64,000 nt of DNA from Lingula anatina (lineage: Eukaryota; Animalia; Brachiopoda). Positions within the stretch are counted from its first letter, which is position 1, and every line of letters starts with the position of its first letter. Below the pieces are notes generated by a model, which ran no database searches, was not told the origin of the DNA, and saw nothing but the letters and a program-made list of their open reading frames with translations. The stretch is taken from the NCBI GenBank assembly GCA_051362555.1, contig CM120643.1:24618848-24682847 (forward strand), in the 5' to 3' direction. Positions 26,486 through 37,233 of the stretch are shown here, piece by piece. The position numbers and the translations under genes were made by a program.

Positions 26486-29312
26486 CCCAGACAGCCTCAG
26501 TAATCTGGCCCACGTCTGGCCCAGATCTGGCAACGTCTGGCAATATCTGGGCCAGATTTTGCCAGACACTTGCCAGATCTGGGCCAAGTCTGGCAAAGTC
26601 TGGCATTTATGTCACATTTTGCCAGACACTTGCCAGATCTGGGCCAAGTCTGGCAAAATCTGGCATTTATGCCACATTTTGCCAGATGCTGCCCAGACTT
26701 GGGCCAGATATGGTACTTTCATTTTCAATTTTTATTTTCTATTTATTTATTTTTTATTGACCAGTGAGCTGAATGCATTGAACTGACGTCATTTGATAAA
26801 TTTTGATTTAATTTATCTCTCTCTCTTTTCTTCAAAGTCCCTCATAAGTGTGTTATTTGTTTTATTTGACTTGACATTTGAATGAATTCACTGTTCTAAA
26901 ACTTTTTGAACTACTCGTTCCGCTGTTGTAAGATTCCGCATTTTATGCTAAGCTGGTCAAGGACCCGGATGTAGCGTTTCTTAGAGTTATGGATATGAAA
27001 AAAGCACAAGCGTATCAAACTGATACAATTCGTTGAGTGATTTGATTCGTGATGCGATTTATTTCGAAGGCATCAACACTGGCGACGAGGATTAACACTA
27101 GTGCAAAACTGTGAGCCAACTTTCTTTGAAAAAAATGGAGGAAAAATGTGAAATTACGGAATTCGAACCGTACAGAAGTCCGGAGACATTAGGGTCACGC
27201 TCGACGCGATGGCTAGACAGTTTTAACCTCTTCGCTGACGGAAAAGATTGATCTTTTCAAAACCAACGGACGGCATGAATAATGAACAAAGATAGAAAAT
27301 TAAAAATACATGACAGAGGAGACGCGCGCTTATGTTGTATTCAGCAGGGACAGGTGTACAATATATTTTCAGGACTCTCCGAAACACAGGTTAGAAACAT
27401 GAATATACATAAGACAGTTAACGCTTTGAATGAAATTGGAACACCAGAAACTGTGAGTATGATGAAACCGAAGTCATTTGACAAGCCAAGCCAGTCTAAA
27501 CATTACGAGTTTAGACATGAAAAACGAAGTAGAAACTCCCTGACTGAGAAAACATGGAACGTTGGATCACTTTGCAAAAGTCTGCAAAACTGAAACTATT
27601 ATTCATGTAAATGACAGCTTTGAACATGATAATCCAGGAGTGCATATATACATTTGGTGTGGGAACCAATGCAATATACACAGAAGACATGGAGGAAATA
27701 GAGGAGTTGTTAATCTCAGTGTATTACCAGATTCAGGTGCATATTGTAATATCATTGATGAAAATACATGGAGAATGCTGAAATCCAAGAAAAATAAATG
27801 TGGCTCTTGTGGAGGACCAGAAAACAAACAGTATTATTCATGCACGTCTGAGAAACCTTTAAAAGTGAAGGGAACATTTGAATGTGACGTAAAGGAAGAG
27901 ACCAGTAGTAGTGAAAGGACATGGGATTTGATATGAGTTGATAAGTTTTGAGAATTTTCAGTGTGGTTTAAGGAATAAAAGTTGGAGTTCATATGCTATT
28001 CTGCAAATGTTTGAAAGGACATTTTAAAGACTGAACTGTCAATAAACATGTTTTGAAAGGACCGTTTCTGTCCAAGAAAGGAAGGGATGTTGTGTTTTGA
28101 CTTGACATTTGAATGAACTGTTGTTAACTTGGTAGAGTTACTTGTTCCATATTGTTGATTCCATTAATAATTATAAGCTTGTCAAGGAGCCAGATGTATC
28201 ATTTCTTAGTGTTATGGATTTGAAAAAAGCGCAAACATTGCAAACTGGTTCGATTCATTGAGTGATTTGATTCATGATGTGATTTAATTCAAAAGCATTG
28301 ATACTGGGGTTTGTTTTTGTGCACATGTAATTCTCTTTTAATTGTACATCTATATCTGTGCTGGAGTATACATATTTTTTTTTTCAGAATTTACATGTAT
28401 GTACAGTACTGTAGCCAGCATGCAAGTTGAATTACAGTTACTGCATGGTTATTTATAATTTTGTTATAACTCACCATCATCTAAAAAAACAATGTTTTTT
28501 CATTCATTATTCAAGATTTATTCATTACAAAACTATATTCATTAGTGATTATTATTATTAATGATATGTTTGAATTAGTTTAAAAATGACAATGTGTGCA
28601 AAAATATTTCCCCCTCAAACCCCTCCCCCATGTACATGCATAATTAATTACAATTTTTGTAATTTGTGTTAATTCAGATTCGATGAGCAGCTTTGTGTTG
28701 AAAAAAAATTGTTATAACTGTTTTCTTTACATGTATGTAAGTGACATTTCCTCCTGTTAAGTGTCTGTATATTTACCTTTTTGCAGTGTAGTTTTTTTTT
28801 TTTTTCAAATATACATTGTTTTGTACAAAAAGACAAGGAGTGACCCTTAATTTGTTACATGTTAGTTGCCAGCAAGGTTATATAATGTGTAATAATTTTG
28901 TTTAGGGTTTTAGCACAGAATAAATACTTGAATCTTGTATGTCTTTTTTTATAGTAATCTTATTGAATAATTAAAAATAATTTAAAAAAAAGAAAAAAAA
29001 AAACATTCTGGGCCATATGTGGTCCATGTCTGGCCCTAATCTGGCCCATTTGAATATGATCTGGCCCACATCTGGCCCACATCTGGCATGCCATACCTTT
29101 GCCAGATATTGCCAGATCTGGGCCGACATCTGGCCATATGAGCAAATGTGGACTGGGCCAGATGTGGCAATGTCTGGGCCAGATCTGGCCCAAACGTTGC
29201 CACATCTGGCCCACATGTGGCAAGCCATACGTGGGCCATACCTTTTGCCAGACATTGCCAGACGTTGCCAGATCTGGGCCAGACGTGGGCCAGATCACTG
29301 AGGCTGTCTGGG
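26486..29312. mobile_element. Non-autonomous CMC/EnSpm-like element, 2827 bp
   Basis: TIR cccagacagcctcagt(a/g)atctggcccacgtctggcccagatctggcaacgtctggcaat, CCC...GGG termini, 2 bp AA duplication, arrays of about 11 bp tctggc/gccaga subterminal repeats at 26500-26710 and 29005-29290. Confidence 0.88.
26851..28303 (+). mobile_element. Internally deleted, decayed Gypsy-type LTR retrotransposon
   Basis: Diverged direct repeats about 26851-27078 and 28088-28303; PBS TGGCGACGAGGAT at 27080-27092 (complementary to a tRNA-Ser 3' end); PPT aagaaaggaaggga 28074-28087; relic zinc knuckle DHFAKVCK and protease VLPDSGAYCNII. Confidence 0.85.
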
Positions 29313-30627
29313 AACACTATAAATGCGAAAGGAAATTACCCTATTTGTGAAGAGAAAATAAATGTATTTGTTTATTTCAAACAGCGTACTTTTCGCGCAT
29401 GCGCAGTAGTTTGAGACCTGTGCTATTCCGCATATTATTCGAGTAGGAACTACATGTGGTTCATTGCCATATCTAATTTCAGTATGATGTGATTGAACGC
29501 AATCCTACTATTATATACTTAACTATATCATGACAATACGAACACGATGAACCACATGAACTCCCATAATATGCGGAATTGAAAACATGGAAAAGGTCAA
29601 GGACGTTTCAGATCACTGACGGTGCGCGCGCGCCATCTGGTGTTAAGTCCGCGAATGACCGTTTGCGACAACTGATTGTTGAGTTACGGCAACTGATTGT
29701 TGAGTTGACGTCTGCATTTTTTGCGTGAATGGCGCACCATGCATTCGCGCCATTCACGCAAAAAATGCATTGTTGAGTTGCGGTAACTGACTTTTGAATC
29801 GTTTATTGACTGTTAGATTTTGACGAATGATTAAAATGACCACAACTTGTTTAGTAGAATTAAGTTTAGATAGTTAAAGTAGGTTTTGGTTAAATAGTGC
29901 CGGTAGATTGTTGATTTGACGTCTGTATTTTTTTCGTGAATGGCGCACCATGCTTTCACGCCATTCACGCAAAAATACATTGATACATTGTTGAGTTGCG
30001 GTGACTGATTGTTGAGTTGCGGTGACTGATTGTTGAGTTGCAGTAACTGATTGTTGAGTTGCGGTGACTGATTGTTGAGTTGCGGTGACTGATTGTTGAG
30101 TTGCAGTAACTGACTTTTGAATCGTTATTATTGATTGTTAGATTTTGATGAATGATTAAAATGACCACAACTAATTTAGTAGAATTAAGTTTAGATAGTT
30201 AAAGTAGGTTTTGGCTGTTAAATAGTGCCGATAGATTGTTGAATTGACGTCTGCATTTTTTGCGTGAATGGCGCTCCATACATGATGTTGTAAAGTTGAT
30301 GTTACTACTGTTATAACAACAGCAGATACAATTAAAGATACTAACTTGGTCATGGTGTACACCATTTATTTTAGGTATTATATATACAGTTGGTCTTTAA
30401 CCTGGGTCTTTGACTCAGACTAGAAGTTGATATGATAATATATGTATGTTGTTTATATAAAGAGATATTACTAGACCGAGCTGCAACTCATGTCATGTTC
30501 ATTAGTTTGTTTGACACAGTTTGACATGCAGTCAAGATAATAAATAAAACTAGTCAAATAAACATGTGTTGTTCCTATATAATATGGTATTAACAGACAT
30601 TTTTATCTCTTAGTTAAATTCAATAAA

Positions 30628-30966
30628 GGGGTCAAACGGCTGGCAAATGGACACTGAGGGGAGCTTCGTACCGATGTCACTCAACAAAACTCAGTCATGT
30701 CCACCGTCTCAATCAAGCTCTGCCAGGCTAGTCACATATATGTCTCGATCGCCTCCACATGCTGACCCAGGAAATGCTGAGGCAGCAGTGAAAGGCGGAT
30801 CTCAGGCTCCTGAAAACCCAAATCAGCAACCCCACCCCGGAAAACCGTTACAGTAACGGAAACAGATATTCAACACTACTTGATGTGCCGAGCCCCCTGA
30901 GTCATGTCAACTTGTATGGACCATTGTTGACGCCCTAGATGCCCGACGGCATAATAGGAGATAGAT
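30628..30966 (+). mobile_element. Short non-coding retroposon, possibly an RTE-derived bipartite element
   Basis: Ends in (gata)n tail; flanked by a duplication of about 15 bp, ag(t/c)taaattcaat(t)aaa; empty site at about 59684-59705. Motifs gcaaccccaccccggaaaa and gttgacgcccta resemble RTE-clade UTR ends (from memory, unverified). Confidence 0.55.
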
Positions 30967-31327
30967 AGCTAAATTCAATTAAAATAACCAGAAATTGCTG
31001 TACTTTACAGTAAACTTATTTTATAAACTGTACTATACCAACGCAAATCTGTCCAACCCATTTGCCTAATTAACAAACTTGCTGTTGAAATCATTTTTTG
31101 TATATAAATATCTATTAGCGTGAAGTACTAGATATAAAGCCAAATATAAAACAGAAATGTATATTTTAATTATTACTTCTGTCACCATATTTCTTGGAAA
31201 CACCACTTTAAATTCAATGTAAGCAGTTCATAAGGTCACTTCATAAAATGATTTTCACAGACAATCAATTCTATATATAGTCACTACTATTTTGAAGAAT
31301 CAACAAGGGTCAATACAGTCATGGACA

Positions 31328-34300
31328 CTATTTAGTACAGACAACACATGCTAGTTCTCTTCCATCCACATATGGTGGACAGGTGAGGGGACCACATTTA
31401 ACCTCAGCGGTGTATATCAAGGCACCATCTTTGTTCTCATGACCCCCTGATACCACTTCTGGAGCTTCATCAAGGCAGACAAATTCAGTTCTCTGGTGTG
31501 AGTCAAGAGCTGATACCAGGTATCCATTGTACTCTGTTGTCCACCCAGCTGGACATGTCTTCTTGGCTGGTATCATCACATGACTGGGGCGTGTTTGGGT
31601 GTAGCATACAGCACAGGGGGCATCATGATCGAGCAAATCCTGACCTCCTGCATTAGATGTTGAAAATATTTTAGTCCTAATAAGTTCATATTCCACACCA
31701 TGTATGTAAGAACCAGTACCTTGCCCTCCATCTTGGTATTTCCCCCACTCTGGTGTCTGTGGTAAACACAGGTAATTGCTGCCTCCTCCAGTTTTGCTGT
31801 AGTAGGTTCCAGCAATTATCCCTGATACAAAAAGTTTTAAAGCCATTTTTAGTAAGGAATTTAACCTGTAACTATCAGTGTCAAATTTAAAATAAAATAT
31901 TAATGTACCGGTATTCAAGTATTGTATTTATTATCATGATATTATTGTTATCATCATTGTTATTATTATTTTGACTAAATGGTTTAATAGAACCATACTT
32001 AAGAAAGATGTACTTAAACACTTTACCTTTGTACAAAAGTTTTGAATGTGTCAAACAGGTTGTTCTGCCCCAGCGTGTGTAAACTGCCCCACCATGGCTG
32101 GCATTGGCTGGTAGACCTGAAAACATACATTAAAACTAGAGAACCATTGTTTAGTACACCGTTTTACCATAGCTGGTATTGGATGAGGTATCAGGACAGT
32201 CCCCCTTCTCCTAGCTTATTCAGACAATCTCGGATCCCCTTTTCTATTTGATAAAATAAAAAAGTTACAGTTACCCGATTGCTTCTTAAGGGTATATAGT
32301 GCCAGAAAATTATGCTTATTACACTGAATGCACTTTTAAAAGGAGAATCGACACAGAGATAGATGATCATAGATTGATCATGCTGGTGCAATAATAGTGA
32401 ACATTTATTCAGAACATTCCATAACGTTAGATAACTCTTAGAGAACCTTTGCACCTATTCTGAGAAGACATTATTTTATTAATGAGTAAAATCTAAAATA
32501 AAGAGGAAACAATGAATGAATTCACTGTATATAACTGTAGAATATATATTTTCTAATTTGAAGACAAGATTGACAAAAACGTAAAGAACAATTAAAGAGC
32601 ATAGCTAGGACATAAGAGTTATTAGACAAACCTGTTGTAGTTGGCATGCCAATCTGAACTCCAATTTGCCGTAGCATTTGTTTCAGGTTGTCTAATGTTA
32701 GAGAAACTGATTCTCCTTTGGGTCCAGGTGGTCCCTTAAAAAATCCAATGTGTGAAACATACTTAGCCTATTAGCTTCTATCTACCGGTATATTAGCAGA
32801 CATTCCCTGCATATGCCATACAAACAAACTGGCAGCTTGATCAATTAACTTGGTCATTTAACTTGCCCATTATGCTGTTAACAATGCAAAGACACCATAA
32901 AGAATGGGTCCAGCCAGGGTGTAATAAACATGGGGTCTGGGCTTTTTATGCATAGGACTAGATTTGATCTGTGCCTATGACATATATATTTCATGATATT
33001 TGAAGGTTTGAACAAGATACAAAGGGTAAAAAGTTATCAGTACATAAGTTACATGACTAACTGAGTTTGAATTATTTTGGTCCCAATTTTTAACCTATAT
33101 CAAATCTTAGACATGTCTCTGAATTATAAAGCTAGGGAATAACCTTGCTTTTATTACATTAAGGAAAAGTTTTTTAATATTCTGTTCACACAGATATCAG
33201 TTAACTCATAGTATTACATGTGTAGAGGATTATGCTAATGACTTTATATCTGTTTATAATCAACTAGTTTATGCCATAAGTATGAATCTTGTTGCTCTAT
33301 CACCAAGAAGCTTTTTGTAAAATTATTTTTTTAGGATTATCATATATATATATTTGCAAAATTAACTTAGAGCGCATTCTCAACGAATTAAGCCAGGCTT
33401 TACAAAGCCGGTGACCTAAAAATGGCGGACGTACATGAAAGAAAAACCGCCTAATCTTTTAATAGTCTCTCCGCCTCCCCACACGTCGTCCCTGCGGGGT
33501 ACAGTAATTAAATCTCGGCTCCGTTCGCCATGCGGAAGCTACCTGAGAAATATTAAGTGCGCATGCTCATCAGTTAAACTCATGGTGAAGAAAGCATGGC
33601 GGCTGAAGGCGATCGAAGGAAAAAAGCTCTTCTGTTCTATTATGTTTGAAAACAGAGACGAAAAAGGAATAATTTGGCCCGTAGAGCAGCAATGAATCGA
33701 CTATCTACGGAGATAATATCACCAGAGATATTCACGGAAATATTAATGTTCGTAGCCGAGATTTAATTACTGTACCCCGCAGGGACGACGTGTGGGGAGG
33801 CGTGTGAGAGGCGGAGAGACTATTAAAAGATTAGGCGGTTTTTCTTTCATGTACGTCCGCCATTTTTAGGTCACCGGCTTTGTAAAGCCTGGCTTAATTC
33901 GTTGAGAATGCGCTCTTATATATATTTGCAAAATTAACTTATATAATTGTACATATTTTTAAATAGAAAAATCAGTTTATTCTTAAATAATATGTTGTAC
34001 GTAATTATTTGTAAAGTAAGTCTGGAAAATTAAGTTTAAACCTGGAATCCATCCCTGCCATCTCTTCCTGGAGGTCCTTGGGGTCCTTGTACACAGACTG
34101 AACTCGCCACTAAAATATAGGACACATATATATGAGTTGATTTGTCCCTTAACTATTAAGCATACAATAGTAAGACCCTATACTACTCTAAAGCTAAAAG
34201 ACAGCCAAAAGTTACTGCTAAAATACTTCTATGGGAATAAAAAAGATTAATAAACATTTGAATAAACATTTGAATATATACTGTAGAAATTGGAGTTTAA

Positions 34301-35010
34301 TTTAATGCATCTTCACATTTTTTAATGTGGAACATATTCTTTTAGTTGCTTTTTGGTCATGTTTAGCAATAATTCCTCAGGTTATATTGTGTAAAAATGG
34401 TGTAAACAAGTCAACATAAGACCTATTACAAGTGATTTAGCTTACAGTTTCCTGGCAGCACTTGTCTCTTGGTAATGGAATGCTTTCCATAGTGAAACTT
34501 TGCTCTGTATTTTTCAGCAGCCATGGTGGTTTGCCCATCAAGCTTCACCTTGTCTTTCTGAATATGTGACTAATTTGAAAGTGAAAGAAAGATTAATTAT
34601 AGTTTTAATTGGTCTACAGATATGTGATTTTTAAGTCATGGAAATTGTAGAACTTAGATTGTTAATTATTGTGTTTGTTTTAACTATTTATTGACATTTC
34701 TGTTAATTATTGGTAAAAACCATAATCTTGTCGAGAGACAATTAAAATTCAAAGCCCAAAATACCTTAAGTTGTTTGTTCTCCAGTCTGACTGCAGCAAC
34801 CTCAGCCTCAAGTTTTTTCATTTTTTGTTCTTGTCTGTTTAGTTTTCTAACTAGATTTTTTATCTCTAGTTCTTGCCTGTCCACTCTTTCAACCAGTTTC
34901 ATCAAAGCATCATTATTGACATCAGCATGATGTTGTAAAGTTGATGTTACTACTGTTATAACAGCAGCAGATACAATTAGAAATATTAACTTGGTCATGG
35001 TGTACACCAT
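31328..35010 (-). CDS. Paralogue D: short form, 6 exons, 374 aa (370 aa from the second ATG at 34998)
   Basis: Exons 35010-34765, 34569-34446, 34109-34042, 32734-32632, 32116-32027, 31821-31328; 1125 nt, intact; leader type MTKLIFLIVSAAVITVVTS. Confidence 0.9.
33370..33915. mobile_element. Harbinger/Tourist-like MITE, 546 bp, with TIRs of about 150 bp
   Basis: gagcgcattctcaacgaattaagccagg... / ...cctggcttaattcgttgagaatgcgctc, TTA on both sides; absent from the homologous intron of F. Confidence 0.85.
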
Positions 35011-35091
35011 AAATTGTAGGTATTATATATACAGTTGGTCTTTAACCTGGGTCTTTGTCTCAGACTAGCAGTTGATAATATTTGTGTGTTG

Positions 35092-35100
35092 TTTATATAA
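35092..35100 (-). promoter_or_regulatory. Candidate TATA box of MTKL-type paralogues
   Basis: TATATAAA on the minus strand about 85-90 bp upstream of the ATG, conserved at the same position in C (about 30452-30460), D and F (about 59522-59530). Confidence 0.45.
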
Positions 35101-35641
35101 AGAGATATCACAAGACCTAGTTGAAACTCATGTCGCCTTCATATGTTTGTTTGACACAGTTTGATATGAAACCAAGGTTATAAACTAGTTTTTTCGCATA
35201 TCTCTCCAGTCTACATGTACATGTGTTGTGCACATTCAGTATGGCCTGAAAATTATTTTTATCTCCAAGTTTAATCCAATTAAAATAACCAAAAATTATT
35301 GTACTTTATGGCTATTTTATTTATTACACAGACACAAATGTGTATCAAAAGTATATTATGTTTTCTTTTATTCACTTTTCACAAAAAACTTACAACCAAA
35401 ACCAAGTCATTTGCCTTATTTATTAATTTGCTGTTAAAATCAATAAAGTTGATAAAATGCTATTGGTGTGAAGCACTGGATGTATAGCAAAACATGAAAT
35501 GAAAAAGCATATTTTAATAATTACCTATCACCATATTTCTTGGAAGTGCCACTTAAAATTCAACATGGACAATTTTAATGCATGAGTCAGTTTGTATGCA
35601 ATTTGAAAAATCAAAACAGGTCAGTCATTATGTTACAGTCA

Positions 35642-37233
35642 CTATTTAGTACAGACAACACAGGCCAGTTCTCTTCCATCCACATATAGGGGACAGGGGA
35701 GGGTACCACATTTTACCTCATCAGTATGGAACAAGGCACCATTTTTGTTCTCTTGACCACCAGCTACCACTTCTGGAGCTTCATCAAGGCAGACAAACTC
35801 TGTTCTATGGAAATTATCATGAGTTGATACCAGGTATCCATTGTACTCTGTTGTCCACCCAGCTGGACATGTCATCTTGGCTGGTATCATCACATGACTG
35901 GGGCGTGTTTGGGTGTAGCATACAGCACAGGGGGCATCATGCTGACCAGGATTCTGGCCTCCTGTATTGGTTGTTGAAAAAATGTTAGAGTAAATCCTTT
36001 CGTATTCCACACCATGTATGTAAGAACCTAAATTTTGCCCTCCATCTTGGTATTTCCCCCACTCTGGTGTCTGTGGCAAACACAGGTAATTATACTGCCT
36101 CCTCCAGTTTGGGTCCAGTAAGTTCCGGCTGATATCCCTGAAAAAGTCCAAAAAGTTTTCATTTATTGTCATGTGGGCCAAAATTGAAAAGAAAACTTAA
36201 CCTAAGTACAAGTAATTTACTTCTCTTTGGAAACATATGTTTAGAAAAGACGTGTTTCAAGTATTTACCAGCATACAAAAGCTGTGAATGTGCTGCACAG
36301 GTTGTTCTGCCCCAACGTGTGTAAACTGCTCCACCTTGACTGGTAGTGGCTGGTAGACCTGAAAACATACATTAAACCTATGAGTCAATTTGTAAACACT
36401 GCTCCAACTCCAACCTTGTGGACCCTGGGGACCTTGTGGACAGCAAAGACTGCCAACTGAAAGTGGAGTTATCAGTTGGTTCTGTTTAGGATATGCTTGC
36501 TTCAATTTGAACTTCAAATATATCTACCACAGCAAAAGCTGTAAAATGCAGAGCTGCTTTCATTTTGTCATTGAAATCGGTCCTGTTATGCTCTTTTTTA
36601 GATAATGAGATTGTTTGTTACACAACCAATGCTAGTAATCTCCTACTATATACTGTTGACCCATGCAGCATCTTACATATGACCCAAGATTAAATATTAT
36701 ACTCACGGCTGCCAAGTACTTGTCTTTTGGTTAAGTAATGGGTTTTGTTACCATCATCATTTGAGTACTGCGCATGGAAGGTAGGGTTTTCAGGGTTTTC
36801 AGTGTTTGATGTCAGTTCTTGCAGTTTAAGGCTAATTTCCTGTATCTTGAACTGAAATTAGGTATCTTTATTTCTGTAGATTATAAATTTAAATTTAAGA
36901 TATTCATAAGCATCTCTTTTCAGACTCTACTATTTCTTATTTTATAATAAAATCTTTAATCTTTTGCTATTTTCAAAATTCTGCAATGATGAAATCGTCT
37001 TGATTAAGATTTTTTATTGTAATTCAATAAGCAGTCTCTGTTCTCATATATGTTTCTGACAGTTGAAATTCATGCTAGGAAGATATTCTTTATACATGCA
37101 CGCATGCGTACAACCACAGCTAAAGCAATATTATAATTTATATAGTAAGAACGTTTATAGCTCTAGCTCTGTTGCCTATTTTTTCTACCTTCAAGTTCTT
37201 GTTTTCCCTTTTGAATGTGTGAACATCTGCTTC
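35642..37233 (-). pseudogene. Paralogue E: divergent compact member, frameshifted and 5'-truncated by a BEL/Pao insertion
   Basis: Exon 1 remnant 37233-37189 (EADVHTFKRENKNLK), exon 2 36851-36707 (...THYLTKRQVLGS), mini exon 36456-36415 (LGSLCCPQGPQGPQG), exon 36358-36269, last exon 36137-35642 with a 2 nt insertion near 36091 that causes a premature stop. Confidence 0.82.

Larger units (their letters stand above)
20631..30280. mobile_element. Non-autonomous long-TIR DNA transposon, IS3EU-like, 9650 bp including nested elements
   Basis: 6 bp target duplication CATGAT (20625-20630, 30281-30286); termini TATGG...CCATA; left arm 20631-20887 plus 24054-24199 inverted against 29587-30280; internal 21 bp repeats gcaactcaacaatcagttacc. 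No transposase seen, so the family call rests on termini and TSD length. Confidence 0.8.
15995..30365 (-). pseudogene. Paralogue C: long form, exon 1 broken by two insertions
   Basis: Open exons 19580-19457, 18639-18536, 18279-18210, 17956-17874, 17499-17400, 16714-16625, 16485-15995. Exon 1 is split into 30365-30281, 20630-20465 and 20126-20122 by a 9.65 kb element and a 338 bp MITE; both read-throughs hit stops. Confidence 0.88.

Noticed and set aside
26397-29414. Many overlapping ORFs rich in WARSGP/PDLAQ
   Set aside because: Artefacts of the 11 bp subterminal repeats of the EnSpm-like element, open in several frames on both strands.
20631-30280. Polinton/Maverick, suggested by the 6 bp TSD and long TIRs
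   Set aside because: Termini are TATGG, not AG-repeat type, and no polymerase B, integrase or capsid ORFs are present.
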